A stretch of 62,337 nucleotides of DNA, the filler included. It is 5 parts of 5 records of this genome, joined end to end, with 100 filler letters (N's around TTAATTAATTAA, not from the genome) between each part and the next. Parts side by side here need not be neighbours in the genome. Positions count along the whole stretch, not along the records: positions 1 to 12,796 come from DRR723986_10739; positions 12,897 to 36,181 come from DRR723986_10741; 3 more parts are not named here. One strand, written 5' to 3'. Below the pieces are notes generated by a model. It searched no databases, was not told the DNA's origin, and saw nothing but the letters and a program-made list of their open reading frames with translations. A program made the translations under genes and the position numbers. This document shows positions 9,231 to 17,211 of this stretch, one piece after another (the stretch's first letter is position 1; each line of letters begins with the position of its first letter).

Positions 9231-10007
9231 TCAGGGGTGATGAGGCATCGTGGGACGCAAGAGTCCCATCTGTACAGCGCGCACCAAGGCGGCCTCGCGG
9301 GTGGGGGCGTTTAGCTTTTCCCGGGCGGTTTTTAGATGTGCACGCACGGTGACCTCTTTGATCTCAAGATTGGCGGCAATCTGATCGTTGCGCAGCCCAT
9401 CCCCGAGCAAAAGCAGAACCTGCTTTTCTCGCTGTGACAGGGGTGGTGCATTGGCGACAAGCGGGGCGAGATCGTGGATCCCGCTGGGCACACCTTCGGT
9501 TTCGGAGCCTAGGTTTGTGGCAATGACGGTGGCGAGTATGCGCATTTCGCGCGCCTGTTCCGTCATGATCTGTTCTGCATCTGGTCGGTTGGAGCTAAGG
9601 ATAACGATTTTCACCTCGTTATCGGGGCAGGGCACCACGAGGCTGAACAGATGGTTATATCCCGCTGTCTTTAAGCCAGAGTAGAGTTTGGATGAGATTT
9701 CAACGTTGCTGGATTTGGCACGGCTTTCAGCGTTGACATAGATGCTTTCGACGCCGTTGGTTACCTGTGCCAGAATAGGGTCCCCTTCGGCATAACCGCC
9801 ATCTGAATAAATCTGCAGCCATTCCTCGGACATCGAGGTGCGGGCCCAGTGAATGATGCCGGTTTCGGGAGAGAAGCTGGCCAGGTTGAGCGCATTGAAC
9901 CCAAATTCCGATAGGCTGGTGACCACGAATTCCCATCTATCCCGGTCAGTAAAGCGTTGTGACAATTCATCCAGAAGATCTAGGGCGAACGAGCTAACGG
10001 ATTGCAT
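9231..10007 (-). CDS. LuxR family regulator with autoinducer-binding domain (LuxR solo)
   Basis: N-terminal W...Y...DP (EEWLQIYSDGGYAEGDP) and C-terminal HTH LSQREKQVL...G...QIA..L.IKEVTVRAHLKTAREKL. Confidence 0.88.
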   Translation of the reverse strand: MQSVSSFALDLLDELSQRFTDRDRWEFVVTSLSEFGFNALNLASFSPETGIIHWARTSMSEEWLQIYSDGGYAEGDPILAQVTNGVESIYVNAESRAKSSNVEISSKLYSGLKTAGYNHLFSLVVPCPDNEVKIVILSSNRPDAEQIMTEQAREMRILATVIATNLGSETEGVPSGIHDLAPLVANAPPLSQREKQVLLLLGDGLRNDQIAANLEIKEVTVRAHLKTAREKLNAPTREAALVRAVQMGLLRPTMPHHP

Positions 10008-10108
10008 TCGGTATTTGGCTTTCTTCGGTATGGATGCCTTGGGCGAAAAAGACGCAGGTGCTTTTCTAAGGATATGCTCTAAATTTGGAATGTGTAAAGG
10101 AGAATGGT

Positions 10109-10417
10109 ATGCCCAAATTGATCCGCCTCTACGTCACCCATGTTTTGATCGGGTTCGCTTTGTCCGCGTTGTTTACGGGATTGCTGCTGTGGTTGAACGT
10201 TGCCAACCTTTGGTCGTTGGTCAGTCGTTCGGATATGGGGTTGGTCGCTGTTGGAATGTTGTGGTTCACCAATGGGATCGTGTTCGCCGGGGTTCAGTTC
10301 GGCTGGGCGGTGATGAATATGGCCGAAACGCCCAAAGGTCCACGCCGTGGGACGCCGATCACACCAACATTGCAGGCGGTGCCTGCCGTTGCATCGAAAC
10401 CAAAGATCAAGCGTTAA
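10109..10417 (+). CDS. Small membrane protein with 2-3 TM segments
   Basis: MPKLIRLY... with hydrophobic segments; AAGGAG RBS before ATG 10109. Confidence 0.7.
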   Translation: MPKLIRLYVTHVLIGFALSALFTGLLLWLNVANLWSLVSRSDMGLVAVGMLWFTNGIVFAGVQFGWAVMNMAETPKGPRRGTPITPTLQAVPAVASKPKIKR

Positions 10418-10426
10418 TTGTGAGTA

Positions 10427-10450
10427 TCTGCCCGGTCAGTGCGGGGCAGA
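10427..10450. terminator. Hairpin between the convergent small CDS and the 6S RNA
   Basis: TCTGCCC-N10-GGGCAGA inverted repeat. Confidence 0.5.
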
Positions 10451-10614
10451 AAGTGTGACGGGACCACCAAGCAACCGTGCGGTTTTGATTCCCGGGGACC
10501 TGTATGTACAGGTGGGCGCCAGATAAACGGACCAGGGTCCGAACAGAGCCAGCTCCCTTGGAAATGCTTAAGGCCACTGGAATGCTACCTGACACAAGAA
10601 GGGCAGAACCCGCC
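10445..10614 (-). ncRNA. ssrS: 6S RNA
   Basis: The minus strand reads ...GGCCTTAAGC...AAGGGAGCTG...GGACCCTGGTCC...TGGCGCCCACCTG...CAGGTCCCCGGGAATC, resembling alphaproteobacterial 6S RNA blocks as I recall them. The region lacks a credible CDS and has its own promoter. Ends are approximate. Confidence 0.8.
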
Positions 10615-10621
10615 ACGCCCC

Positions 10622-10650
10622 TACCTAGGGCGCGCGGCGGGGCGATACAA
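10622..10650 (-). promoter_or_regulatory. Sigma70-type promoter of ssrS
   Basis: TTGTAT (10650-10645), 17-bp spacer, TAGGTA (10627-10622). Confidence 0.6.
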
Positions 10651-10664
10651 GGGGCCGCAGGGAC

Positions 10665-11090
10665 TTATGCGGCCACGGTGTCATGCAGGGCTGTGCGCAT
10701 TTGGTCCATGTGACCTTCCCACCCTTTGTCGAGCGCGAGGATCAGACCGAAAGCTTCGGCGTGTTGGGGCAGACCTTCGTGGGTTAGAGACAGTTGCGTG
10801 CCGCCTGTTACCGGGGTCAGGGTCCATTTGACGGTGCTGACCGCATCGCCCATGGGTTTGATCGTAAACGTATATTCCAGAAATTCGGGTTCACGGGCTG
10901 TGCGTACCTCGCCCCAGATCAACAGATCCCCGCTGTCGGCGCCGTGCATCTTGAGTGCTGCGCCTTGGGTTAGGGGGGCGTTGGGTTTGTGAAACCATTG
11001 GGCTAACAGATCGGGGTCCGTCAGATAGGCCCAGACCTGTGACGGGGTGGCGTTCAGGTAAATGGATTTGTGCAAGATCTTATCAGTCAT
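10665..11090 (-). CDS. SRPBCC/AHSA1 domain protein
   Basis: IYLNATPSQVWAYLTDPDLLAQWF, GTQLSLTHEG and GWEGHM; translationally coupled to the ArsR gene. Confidence 0.88.
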   Translation of the reverse strand: MTDKILHKSIYLNATPSQVWAYLTDPDLLAQWFHKPNAPLTQGAALKMHGADSGDLLIWGEVRTAREPEFLEYTFTIKPMGDAVSTVKWTLTPVTGGTQLSLTHEGLPQHAEAFGLILALDKGWEGHMDQMRTALHDTVAA

Positions 11091-11419
11091 GAGATGTCCT
11101 TTGCTTTTTGGGTTTCAATGGCAGTTTTCAGGCTGGCGAGGCGATCATCCCAGAACCGATCAAAGTATTGGAACCAGTCCAGCACCGGGGCCATGCCTAT
11201 GGGGTTCAGGCGGTTCACCCGTTCGCGGCCCCGAGGTTCAACAGTGATCAAACCGCCGTCTGACAGGACGGTCAGGTGCTTTTTGACGGCGGCACGGGTC
11301 ATGTCGAATTGGTCAGTCAGCTGTGCAATTGTCATGTCATCGTGGGACAGCAGGCGCACAATATCGCGCCGGGTCGGGTCAGAGAGGGCCCGAAAGGCCT
11401 GTTGTGTCATGTCGTTCAT
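11087..11419 (-). CDS. ArsR/SmtB family transcriptional regulator
   Basis: AFRALSDPTRRDI, AVKKHLTVL..GGLI...GRER and FWDDRLASLK; GGAGGA RBS before ATG 11419. Confidence 0.9.
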   Translation of the reverse strand: MNDMTQQAFRALSDPTRRDIVRLLSHDDMTIAQLTDQFDMTRAAVKKHLTVLSDGGLITVEPRGRERVNRLNPIGMAPVLDWFQYFDRFWDDRLASLKTAIETQKAKDIS

Positions 11420-11438
11420 TTGGGTCCTCCTGTTTTTG

Positions 11439-11480
11439 GATACCATTTGGTATCATTACGATGCGATACTAAAAGGTATC
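11439..11480. promoter_or_regulatory. Tandem palindromic operators, probably bound by the ArsR
   Basis: GATACC-ATTT-GGTATC (11439-11454) and GATACT-AAAA-GGTATC (11465-11480), next to TTGACG on the minus strand (11487-11482). Confidence 0.7.
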
Positions 11481-11511
11481 ACGTCAAGTGTGATTTTCGG
11501 ACTTGCTTTTT

Positions 11512-11526
11512 GTTTATGGTTTGTTC
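11512..11526 (+). promoter_or_regulatory. Putative alphaproteobacterial LexA box upstream of mmcB
   Basis: GTTT-N7-GTTC, one mismatch to GTTC-N7-GTTC, 11 bp before the mmcB ATG. Confidence 0.6.
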
Positions 11527-11537
11527 ACGTTTGAGGG

Positions 11538-11969
11538 ATGATGCCAGATCTTCAACCCGGACAGAGACTTGCGCGCGGCGTTGCCCGTCATTTGACCAGC
11601 CATGGTTTTGTTTCTGTTGAGGAATTCGTGCCAGCACGCGGGTTGCGCGTGGATGTGATCGGGCTGGGCCCCAAGGGCGAGATCTGGGTGATCGAATGCA
11701 AGTCCAGTCGCGCAGATTTTCAATCGGACAGCAAGTGGCAGGGCTATCTGGAGTGGTGCGATCGCTATTTCTGGGCGGTTGATCTGGAGTTTCCTACCGA
11801 GCTGCTGCCGGACGAAACTGGGCTGATCATTGCCGATTCCTATGGCGCAGAGATCATTCGCATGGGGCCTGAGGCAAAGCTGGCTCCGGCGCGGCGCAAA
11901 AAGATGATCCAGAAATTCGCCACGGATGCCGCGCGGCGCCTGTTGGCGCTGCGCGATCCAAGGATTTAG
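11538..11969 (+). CDS. mmcB: MmcB family DNA repair protein (PD-(D/E)xK fold)
   Basis: LARGVAR, RVDVIGLGPKGEIWVIECKSSRADFQSDSKWQGYLEWCDRYFWAV. Confidence 0.92.
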   Translation: MMPDLQPGQRLARGVARHLTSHGFVSVEEFVPARGLRVDVIGLGPKGEIWVIECKSSRADFQSDSKWQGYLEWCDRYFWAVDLEFPTELLPDETGLIIADSYGAEIIRMGPEAKLAPARRKKMIQKFATDAARRLLALRDPRI

Positions 11970-12154
11970 CCGGTCACGCTGCGCGCGGCCTGTGCAGCGG
12001 CGCGGATCTCTTCTGCAATTTCTTCGGCTTCTTCTGGATCGAAATCCATTGGGACCTCGATGCCTTGCGATTCGATAAAGATTCGAACCATGCCTTCGTC
12101 GGTTGGACCGATCTGCAGGTTGGCTTCGATTTCGCTTTCGGTGTTGATACCCAT
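11966..12154 (-). CDS. Small conserved acidic protein (DUF6324-like)
   Basis: MGINTESEIEANLQIGPTDEGMVRIF...MDFDPEEAEEIAEEIRAAA; GGAG RBS. Confidence 0.75.
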   Translation of the reverse strand: MGINTESEIEANLQIGPTDEGMVRIFIESQGIEVPMDFDPEEAEEIAEEIRAAAQAARSVTG

Positions 12155-12232
12155 GTTTGTCTCCGCTGGATGCGGGTTTCTGCTATCGCCAAGTGGGTTG
12201 TAAATCAAGCAGGGTTCGGGGTTTGATGGGGT

Positions 12233-12715
12233 ATGAGTACGGTAAACATACGCAGATTCGAACCATCAGATGCCGCTTGGGTGATTGCGCAGCATGGGCA
12301 GCACTATGCGCAGGACGAAGGATTCGACGACAGTTTTGGGGAATTGGTAACGCAAATCCTGCGGGACTTCGTGGATGGCCATAATCCGGCACGAGAGCGG
12401 GGGTGGATCGCCACCGTTGATGGGCAACGGGTCGGGTGCATTTTCTGTGTCAGTATTGGCGCTTATACGGCCAAGTTACGGCTATTTTTGCTGACGCCGC
12501 AGGCGCGTGGGCAGGGGCTGGGGCATCGGCTGTTGCGCACCTGCATGGATTTTGCGCGCGAGGTCGGTTATAGTGAAATGGTACTTTGGACGCACGAAAG
12601 TCACCGGGCCGCATGTGCCTTATATGCGGCGAATGGGTGGGAGATGGTCGACAGCGCACCGGTTCATTCCTTTGGGGTGGATTTGATTGAACAAACTTGG
12701 CGAATTGATCTTTAA
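12233..12715 (+). CDS. GNAT family N-acetyltransferase
   Basis: AKLRLFLL..ARGQGLG and LWTHESHRAACALY..NGW. Confidence 0.9.
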   Translation: MSTVNIRRFEPSDAAWVIAQHGQHYAQDEGFDDSFGELVTQILRDFVDGHNPARERGWIATVDGQRVGCIFCVSIGAYTAKLRLFLLTPQARGQGLGHRLLRTCMDFAREVGYSEMVLWTHESHRAACALYAANGWEMVDSAPVHSFGVDLIEQTWRIDL

Positions 12716-12720
12716 CCCCC

Positions 12721-12749
12721 TTGCAAACCCTCGGAGACTTCTCTAAATC
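12721..12749 (+). promoter_or_regulatory. tRNA promoter
   Basis: TTGCAA-N17-TAAATC, 10 bp before the tRNA. Confidence 0.6.
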
Positions 12750-12759
12750 GCCCCTCAGT

Positions 12760-12796
12760 GCCGCCATAGCTCAGTAGGTTAGAGCGCCTGATTGTG
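12760..12796 (+). tRNA. tRNA-His(GTG), 5' half, truncated by the fragment end
   Basis: GCCGCCA TA GCTC AGTAGGTTA GAGC G CCTGA TT GTG gives the acceptor strand, D-arm, anticodon stem and GTG anticodon. Confidence 0.9.
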
Positions 12797-12896
12797 NNNN
12801 NNNNNNNNNNNNNNNNNNNNNNNNNNNNNNNNNNNNNNNNTTAATTAATTAANNNNNNNNNNNNNNNNNNNNNNNNNNNNNNNNNNNNNNNNNNNN
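12797..12896. other. Artificial contig linker
   Basis: N44-TTAATTAATTAA-N44, which has stops in all six frames. Confidence 0.98.
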
Positions 12897-12995
12897 CAGG
12901 ATCACGAAGACCGGGAACAGCGCGATCACCGTATAGAGGATCAGGATGCCATGCGCTGCGGCGATATTGGCGGGGTTTCTGCGGGCTTTGTTCAT
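12897..12995 (-). CDS. Carbohydrate ABC permease 2, 5' fragment
   Basis: MNKARRNPANIAAAHGILILYTVIALFPVFVIL, directly downstream of permease 1 and cut by the gap. Confidence 0.8.
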
Positions 12996-13008
12996 GGTCT
13001 CATCCCCC

Positions 13009-13923
13009 TCAGAACTGATACCGGCGCATCCGGGTCTGGATACCGAAGAGGTAGATACAGACCCCGATCAGGATGATCGCGAACATGGCGCTTGCAATCG
13101 CGGACCCCATATGCGGATCGCCCAGTTGCAGCTGGAAGCCGAAGAAGGTGCGATACATGAAGGTGCCCAGAATATCGGTCGAGAAATCCGGCCCCGCCAG
13201 CGCGCCCTGCGCCGCATAGATCAGGTCAAAGGCATTGAAATTGCCCACGAAAGTCAGGATCGAGATGATCCCGATCGAGGGCAGGATGAGCGGCAGCTTG
13301 ATCTTCCAGAACGCGGCGGCGCCGGTGATGCCATCGCATTCGCCCGCCTCCAGAATTTCTTCCGGGATCGACAGAAGGGCTGCGTAGATCAGCATCATCG
13401 GGATGCCAACGAACTGCCAGACAGATATCAACGCCAGCGTTGTCAAAGCGGTGCTTTCCAACCCAAGCCAGGGCAGGAAGAAGGCGTCCAGCCCGACCGC
13501 ATCCATCATGCCGGGCGCGATGCCCCAGATCGGTGACAGGATCAGCTTCCACGCGAATCCGACGATGACGAAACTCAGAATCGTGGGAACGAAAATGGCG
13601 GTGCGATAGAGCGCAGCAAAGCGCAGACGCGGGTGGCTCAGGATCGCGGCCAGAAGAATTCCGATGGGGTTCTGAACCAGCATGTGGATCAGGAAAAACC
13701 AGAAGTTGTTGCCAAGCGCATTCCAGAACGCATCGGACCACAGCGGGTCTCCGAACAGCGTGCGGAAATTGTCCAACCCGACGAACACGCGCGTCCGGTC
13801 GACCTCGTCAAACAGGGCCAGCCGCAGGGTGTTGAACAGCGGGATGATCATGATCGCCGTATAGACCAGCACCGCAGGGGCGAGGAACACGAGGATGTGC
13901 CATCTGATCGGGGGTTTGCGCAT
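13009..13923 (-). CDS. Carbohydrate ABC transporter permease
   Basis: FVGLDNF, EAA-like loop IPEEILEAGECDG...FWKIKLPLI and multiple TM segments; start MRKPPIRW. Confidence 0.92.
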   Translation of the reverse strand: MRKPPIRWHILVFLAPAVLVYTAIMIIPLFNTLRLALFDEVDRTRVFVGLDNFRTLFGDPLWSDAFWNALGNNFWFFLIHMLVQNPIGILLAAILSHPRLRFAALYRTAIFVPTILSFVIVGFAWKLILSPIWGIAPGMMDAVGLDAFFLPWLGLESTALTTLALISVWQFVGIPMMLIYAALLSIPEEILEAGECDGITGAAAFWKIKLPLILPSIGIISILTFVGNFNAFDLIYAAQGALAGPDFSTDILGTFMYRTFFGFQLQLGDPHMGSAIASAMFAIILIGVCIYLFGIQTRMRRYQF

Positions 13924-13944
13924 CGGGAACTCCGGTGACTTGGG

Positions 13945-13971
13945 GTCCGGGCAGCGCGGGGCCGCCCGGAC
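13945..13971 (-). other. Stem-loop after the substrate-binding protein gene
   Basis: GTCCGGGC...GCCCGGAC inverted repeat, at the position typical of mRNA-stabilising hairpins. Confidence 0.5.
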
Positions 13972-13989
13972 AAGGTGCAGCAAGGGAGG

Positions 13990-15246
13990 TTACTGCTGCG
14001 GTTCGTACCAGCTGGCCAGGCCTGCTTGCAGGCGGGCACCAGCGTCTTCCGGGGATTCCGCACCTCGGATCACCTGGGCGGATGCGTTCCAGGTGTCGTT
14101 TTCAAGGTTCGGCGTGCCACGCGACAGGATCTGGTAGGTGGACCGGATGGTCGAGTTGCACTCACCGCGCCAGGACACGAATTCCTGCGCCAGCGGGTCG
14201 TCCATCGCCACGTCGAAGTTCGACAGCGAGAAGAAGCCGGGCAGCGCATTTGCGTAGATCGTCGCAAACTCTTCCGAACCGACCCATTCCAGGAAGGTGC
14301 GGGCGGCTTCTGCGTTCGGGGATGCCGGGTTCAGACCGATGGCGATATCGGTGTGATCCGAGATGTAGCATTCATCGCCCGCGTTCTGCACTGGCGGTGC
14401 AAAGGCGCCCATGGCGAAATCGGCTTGTGCGTTAAATCCGGTGATCTCCCAAGATCCGGCAGGATAGATTGCCGCGCGGCCAAGGGTGAACAGATTCTGG
14501 CTGTCAGGATAGGTCTGCGCCTCGAACCCGCGGCCCAGATACTGACCCCAACGGGCAAGCTGACGGTAGGGGGCAACCCAGGCTTCATCTGTCAGCGACT
14601 GTTCGCCCGCGATCAGGGCAAGACGGCCTTCTTCACCACGCCAATAGTTCGGCCCGATGTTGTTATAGCCCATTGTGGCCGCTTCCCACTGGTCATTGAC
14701 GCCCATGGCCATCGGGATGTAGCCGCCATCTTCCTCGATCGCGTCGAGCACAGCGAAGAATTCGTCGACGGTGGTGGGCTCTTCCAAACCAAGCTCTGCA
14801 AAAGCATCGGCATTGTAGATAAAGCCGTGGATCACAGACGCCATCGGAACGCAGAAGGTCGCAGAGCCATCGTCGGTCTGCCACGCGGATTGAGCCACAG
14901 AAGAGAAGTTGGACATTGCGTCCAGATCGCTCAGATCGGCAAGGTGGCCGGCTTCATAAAGTGCCAAAGACGCATCGAACGGACGGCAGGTGATCAGATC
15001 ACCGGCGGACCCTGCTTCCAGCTTGGAATTCAGCACCGCGTTGTATTCCGCCGGGGCAGAGGGGGTGAATTCCACATGGATGCCGGGGTTGTTGGCCTCG
15101 AACGCGGGGATAATCACATCCTGCCACAGCAGAAGGTCGTCATTCCGCCAGCTTTCGATGGTCAGGGTCACATCCTGCGCCGAAGCAACGGTTCCCGCCA
15201 GAATGGTGGTGGCCAGAAGTCCGGCACCGAGTTTCATCATGGACAT
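13990..15246 (-). CDS. Carbohydrate ABC substrate-binding protein (probably amino sugar)
   Basis: Signal peptide ending VASAQ, family-1 SBP features (YNADAFAELGL..PTTVDEF) and location in the nag/mur cluster. Confidence 0.9.
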   Translation of the reverse strand: MSMMKLGAGLLATTILAGTVASAQDVTLTIESWRNDDLLLWQDVIIPAFEANNPGIHVEFTPSAPAEYNAVLNSKLEAGSAGDLITCRPFDASLALYEAGHLADLSDLDAMSNFSSVAQSAWQTDDGSATFCVPMASVIHGFIYNADAFAELGLEEPTTVDEFFAVLDAIEEDGGYIPMAMGVNDQWEAATMGYNNIGPNYWRGEEGRLALIAGEQSLTDEAWVAPYRQLARWGQYLGRGFEAQTYPDSQNLFTLGRAAIYPAGSWEITGFNAQADFAMGAFAPPVQNAGDECYISDHTDIAIGLNPASPNAEAARTFLEWVGSEEFATIYANALPGFFSLSNFDVAMDDPLAQEFVSWRGECNSTIRSTYQILSRGTPNLENDTWNASAQVIRGAESPEDAGARLQAGLASWYEPQQ

Positions 15247-15285
15247 TTGGTATTCCTCCCTAAAGTCCTGGTTAAAGCCCGCTTC

Positions 15286-16182
15286 TCAGGCGTGGCTGTG
15301 CAAAGCCGCCATGGCGGCACGAAGTCGGCCGTCTGCTTTTGTCAGCAGATCTTCGGCCAAGGTCAGATTTGGGGCACCCATGGCCAACAGAACGGCAGGT
15401 TTGACCCGGCCCCCTGTCGTCGCCAGCGCGGATGCGGCTTGTGTCGGGGGCACTTGCGCGATGTCTGCCACCATGCGGGCAGCCCGATCGCGCAATTTGT
15501 CATTGTCGGCGTGCAAGTTGACCATCATCCCGTCATGCACATGGCCCAAAGCCACGCCCATGATCGTTGACATCATATTGAGCGCGGCTTTCTGCGCCGT
15601 TCCAGCCCCCATGCGGGTCGATCCCGAGATGACCTCTGGCGGGGTCGGCAGGCAGATAGCCACATCGGCAAGATCCAGCAGTGGTGCGTCAGGGTTGTTG
15701 GCCAGCCCGATGACATGCGCCCCGCGCTGACGCGCGATGCTGGCAATCGTCAGGGCATAAGGCGTGCGGCCAGAGGCGCTGAGCAGGATAACCGCATCGC
15801 CCCTGCAGATTATGCCAGCGGCGCTTTCCGCTTCAGCGGTATCGTCTTCGGTGTCGCCGGGCATGGCGGCACTGGTCGGAAGCCCACCGGCCATCAGAAC
15901 GCGGGTCCGTTCCGGCGGCAAACCAAAGGTTCCCGCCAGTTCGCAAGCATCAGCCATGGCCATAAGCCCGGATGACCCGGCGGCCGCATAGACGAGCTGC
16001 CCGCCCGCGCGCACGGCCCGCGCCATGACCAGCGCGCCTTTTGAAATATCTGGAACCGCAGAAGTGATCGCCTGCAACGCATCAATCTGGCCCGCCAGAA
16101 GCGTGGCGCCGATTTCTTCGACCGGGCGCGCATCCAGCCCAGGGGCAGCTGCGTGCAATTGTTCGGTCATGCGTTGAACCAT
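15286..16182 (-). CDS. murQ: N-acetylmuramic acid 6-phosphate etherase-like SIS protein
   Basis: AAGSSG..A..DACE...TFG, EDD, SASGRTPY, PEVISGSTRMGAGTAQK..LNM.ST and MVNL...NDKL. Start 16182 follows AGGAGG. Confidence 0.85.
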   Translation of the reverse strand: MVQRMTEQLHAAAPGLDARPVEEIGATLLAGQIDALQAITSAVPDISKGALVMARAVRAGGQLVYAAAGSSGLMAMADACELAGTFGLPPERTRVLMAGGLPTSAAMPGDTEDDTAEAESAAGIICRGDAVILLSASGRTPYALTIASIARQRGAHVIGLANNPDAPLLDLADVAICLPTPPEVISGSTRMGAGTAQKAALNMMSTIMGVALGHVHDGMMVNLHADNDKLRDRAARMVADIAQVPPTQAASALATTGGRVKPAVLLAMGAPNLTLAEDLLTKADGRLRAAMAALHSHA

Positions 16183-16204
16183 GTGATTCCCCCTCCTGAG
16201 ACTG

Positions 16205-16318
16205 AAAGATACCATTTACGTACCTTTTCGCCAAGAGGGAATGTTTGAGGGTATTATTGGCCCTATTTGGTAGTATAATCGCGATACCACCCCTAGAAAT
16301 TACCAAATAGGTATTGTA
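16205..16318. promoter_or_regulatory. Divergent promoter region with clustered GGTA(T)/(A)TACC sites (candidate GntR/NagQ-type operators)
   Basis: ATACC 16209, GTACC 16220, GGTAT 16250, GGTAG 16269, ATACC 16284, TTACC 16300 and GGTAT 16310 in an AT-rich interval. Confidence 0.55.
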
Positions 16319-16329
16319 ATGGTTCCCTC

Positions 16330-17211
16330 ATGACACAGACTAGGTCAAACCTCGTGATCGGCATCGACGGCGGTGGCAGCAATTGCCGCCTGGCCTTGGA
16401 TGCAGACGGTCATTTGCACGAAGTCAGATGCGGGTCCGCCAATGTTTCAAGCGACCTGCAAGGCGCGTTGTCCACTTTGCGCAACGGGCTTGAATCGCTT
16501 GCGCATTCCGCCGGTTTGCATCTGGACGACCTGAGACATGCACGGGCCTATCTGGGGCTTGCAGGTGTGGTCGGGCCAAAGATTGCGGCCGCCGTTTCTG
16601 CCGGCCTTCCACTGTCCAATGCCGTTGTCGAGGATGATCGAATCGCTGCTGTCGTCGGTGCCCTCGGTGTGGAAAACGGCGCGGTCATCGGCATTGGCAC
16701 CGGGTCATTCCTGGCGCGCCGATCTGCTGGCCGCATAGACATGATCGGCGGTTGGGGATTTATCCTTGGGGATGAGGCGTCGGGCGCGGATCTGGGCCGA
16801 AAGATCCTGTCTTCTACGCTTCATGCAGCGGATGGCCTGAATGCCGGGTCCAACCTGACGACAAGGTTGTTGGAGGAACTTGGCGGATCTGCCGGTGTCG
16901 TCGGGTTCGCCGCTGGTGCCACGCCAGCCGAATTTGCGCGCTATGCCCCGCGTGTCGTAACAGCCGCCAAACAGGGGGATGCCGTGGCCAAACGCCTTAT
17001 GGAAGACGGGGCAGCCTATATCGTGGCGGGTCTCAAACGGCTTGGATGGCAGGGCGGGGAAAGGTTGTGCCCCATTGGCGGGCTGGCGCAGCAATATGGC
17101 GCGTTCCTGCCTGATCCCATTGCCGCGTGTCTGACCGAACCTGAGGATACTGCATTGGCCGGTGCGCTCAGGCTCGCGCGCGCTTTGCCAAGGACCGGGG
17201 GCCCCTCATGA
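16330..17211 (+). CDS. BadF/BadG family sugar kinase (GlcNAc/MurNAc kinase-like)
   Basis: IGIDGGGSN, GSAN, GLAG, GTGS and GGWGFILGDEASGA. Confidence 0.88.
   Translation: MTQTRSNLVIGIDGGGSNCRLALDADGHLHEVRCGSANVSSDLQGALSTLRNGLESLAHSAGLHLDDLRHARAYLGLAGVVGPKIAAAVSAGLPLSNAVVEDDRIAAVVGALGVENGAVIGIGTGSFLARRSAGRIDMIGGWGFILGDEASGADLGRKILSSTLHAADGLNAGSNLTTRLLEELGGSAGVVGFAAGATPAEFARYAPRVVTAAKQGDAVAKRLMEDGAAYIVAGLKRLGWQGGERLCPIGGLAQQYGAFLPDPIAACLTEPEDTALAGALRLARALPRTGGPS

Noticed and set aside
12841-12852. TTAATTAATTAA repeated four times (also 36226, 44693, 51575), resembling a CtrA site or repeat family
   Set aside because: It is always centred in N-runs of identical length, so it is an artificial six-frame-stop linker.
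12760-12995. Sugar cluster as an island integrated at tRNA-His
   Set aside because: The two are separated by an artificial linker, so their adjacency is not evidence.
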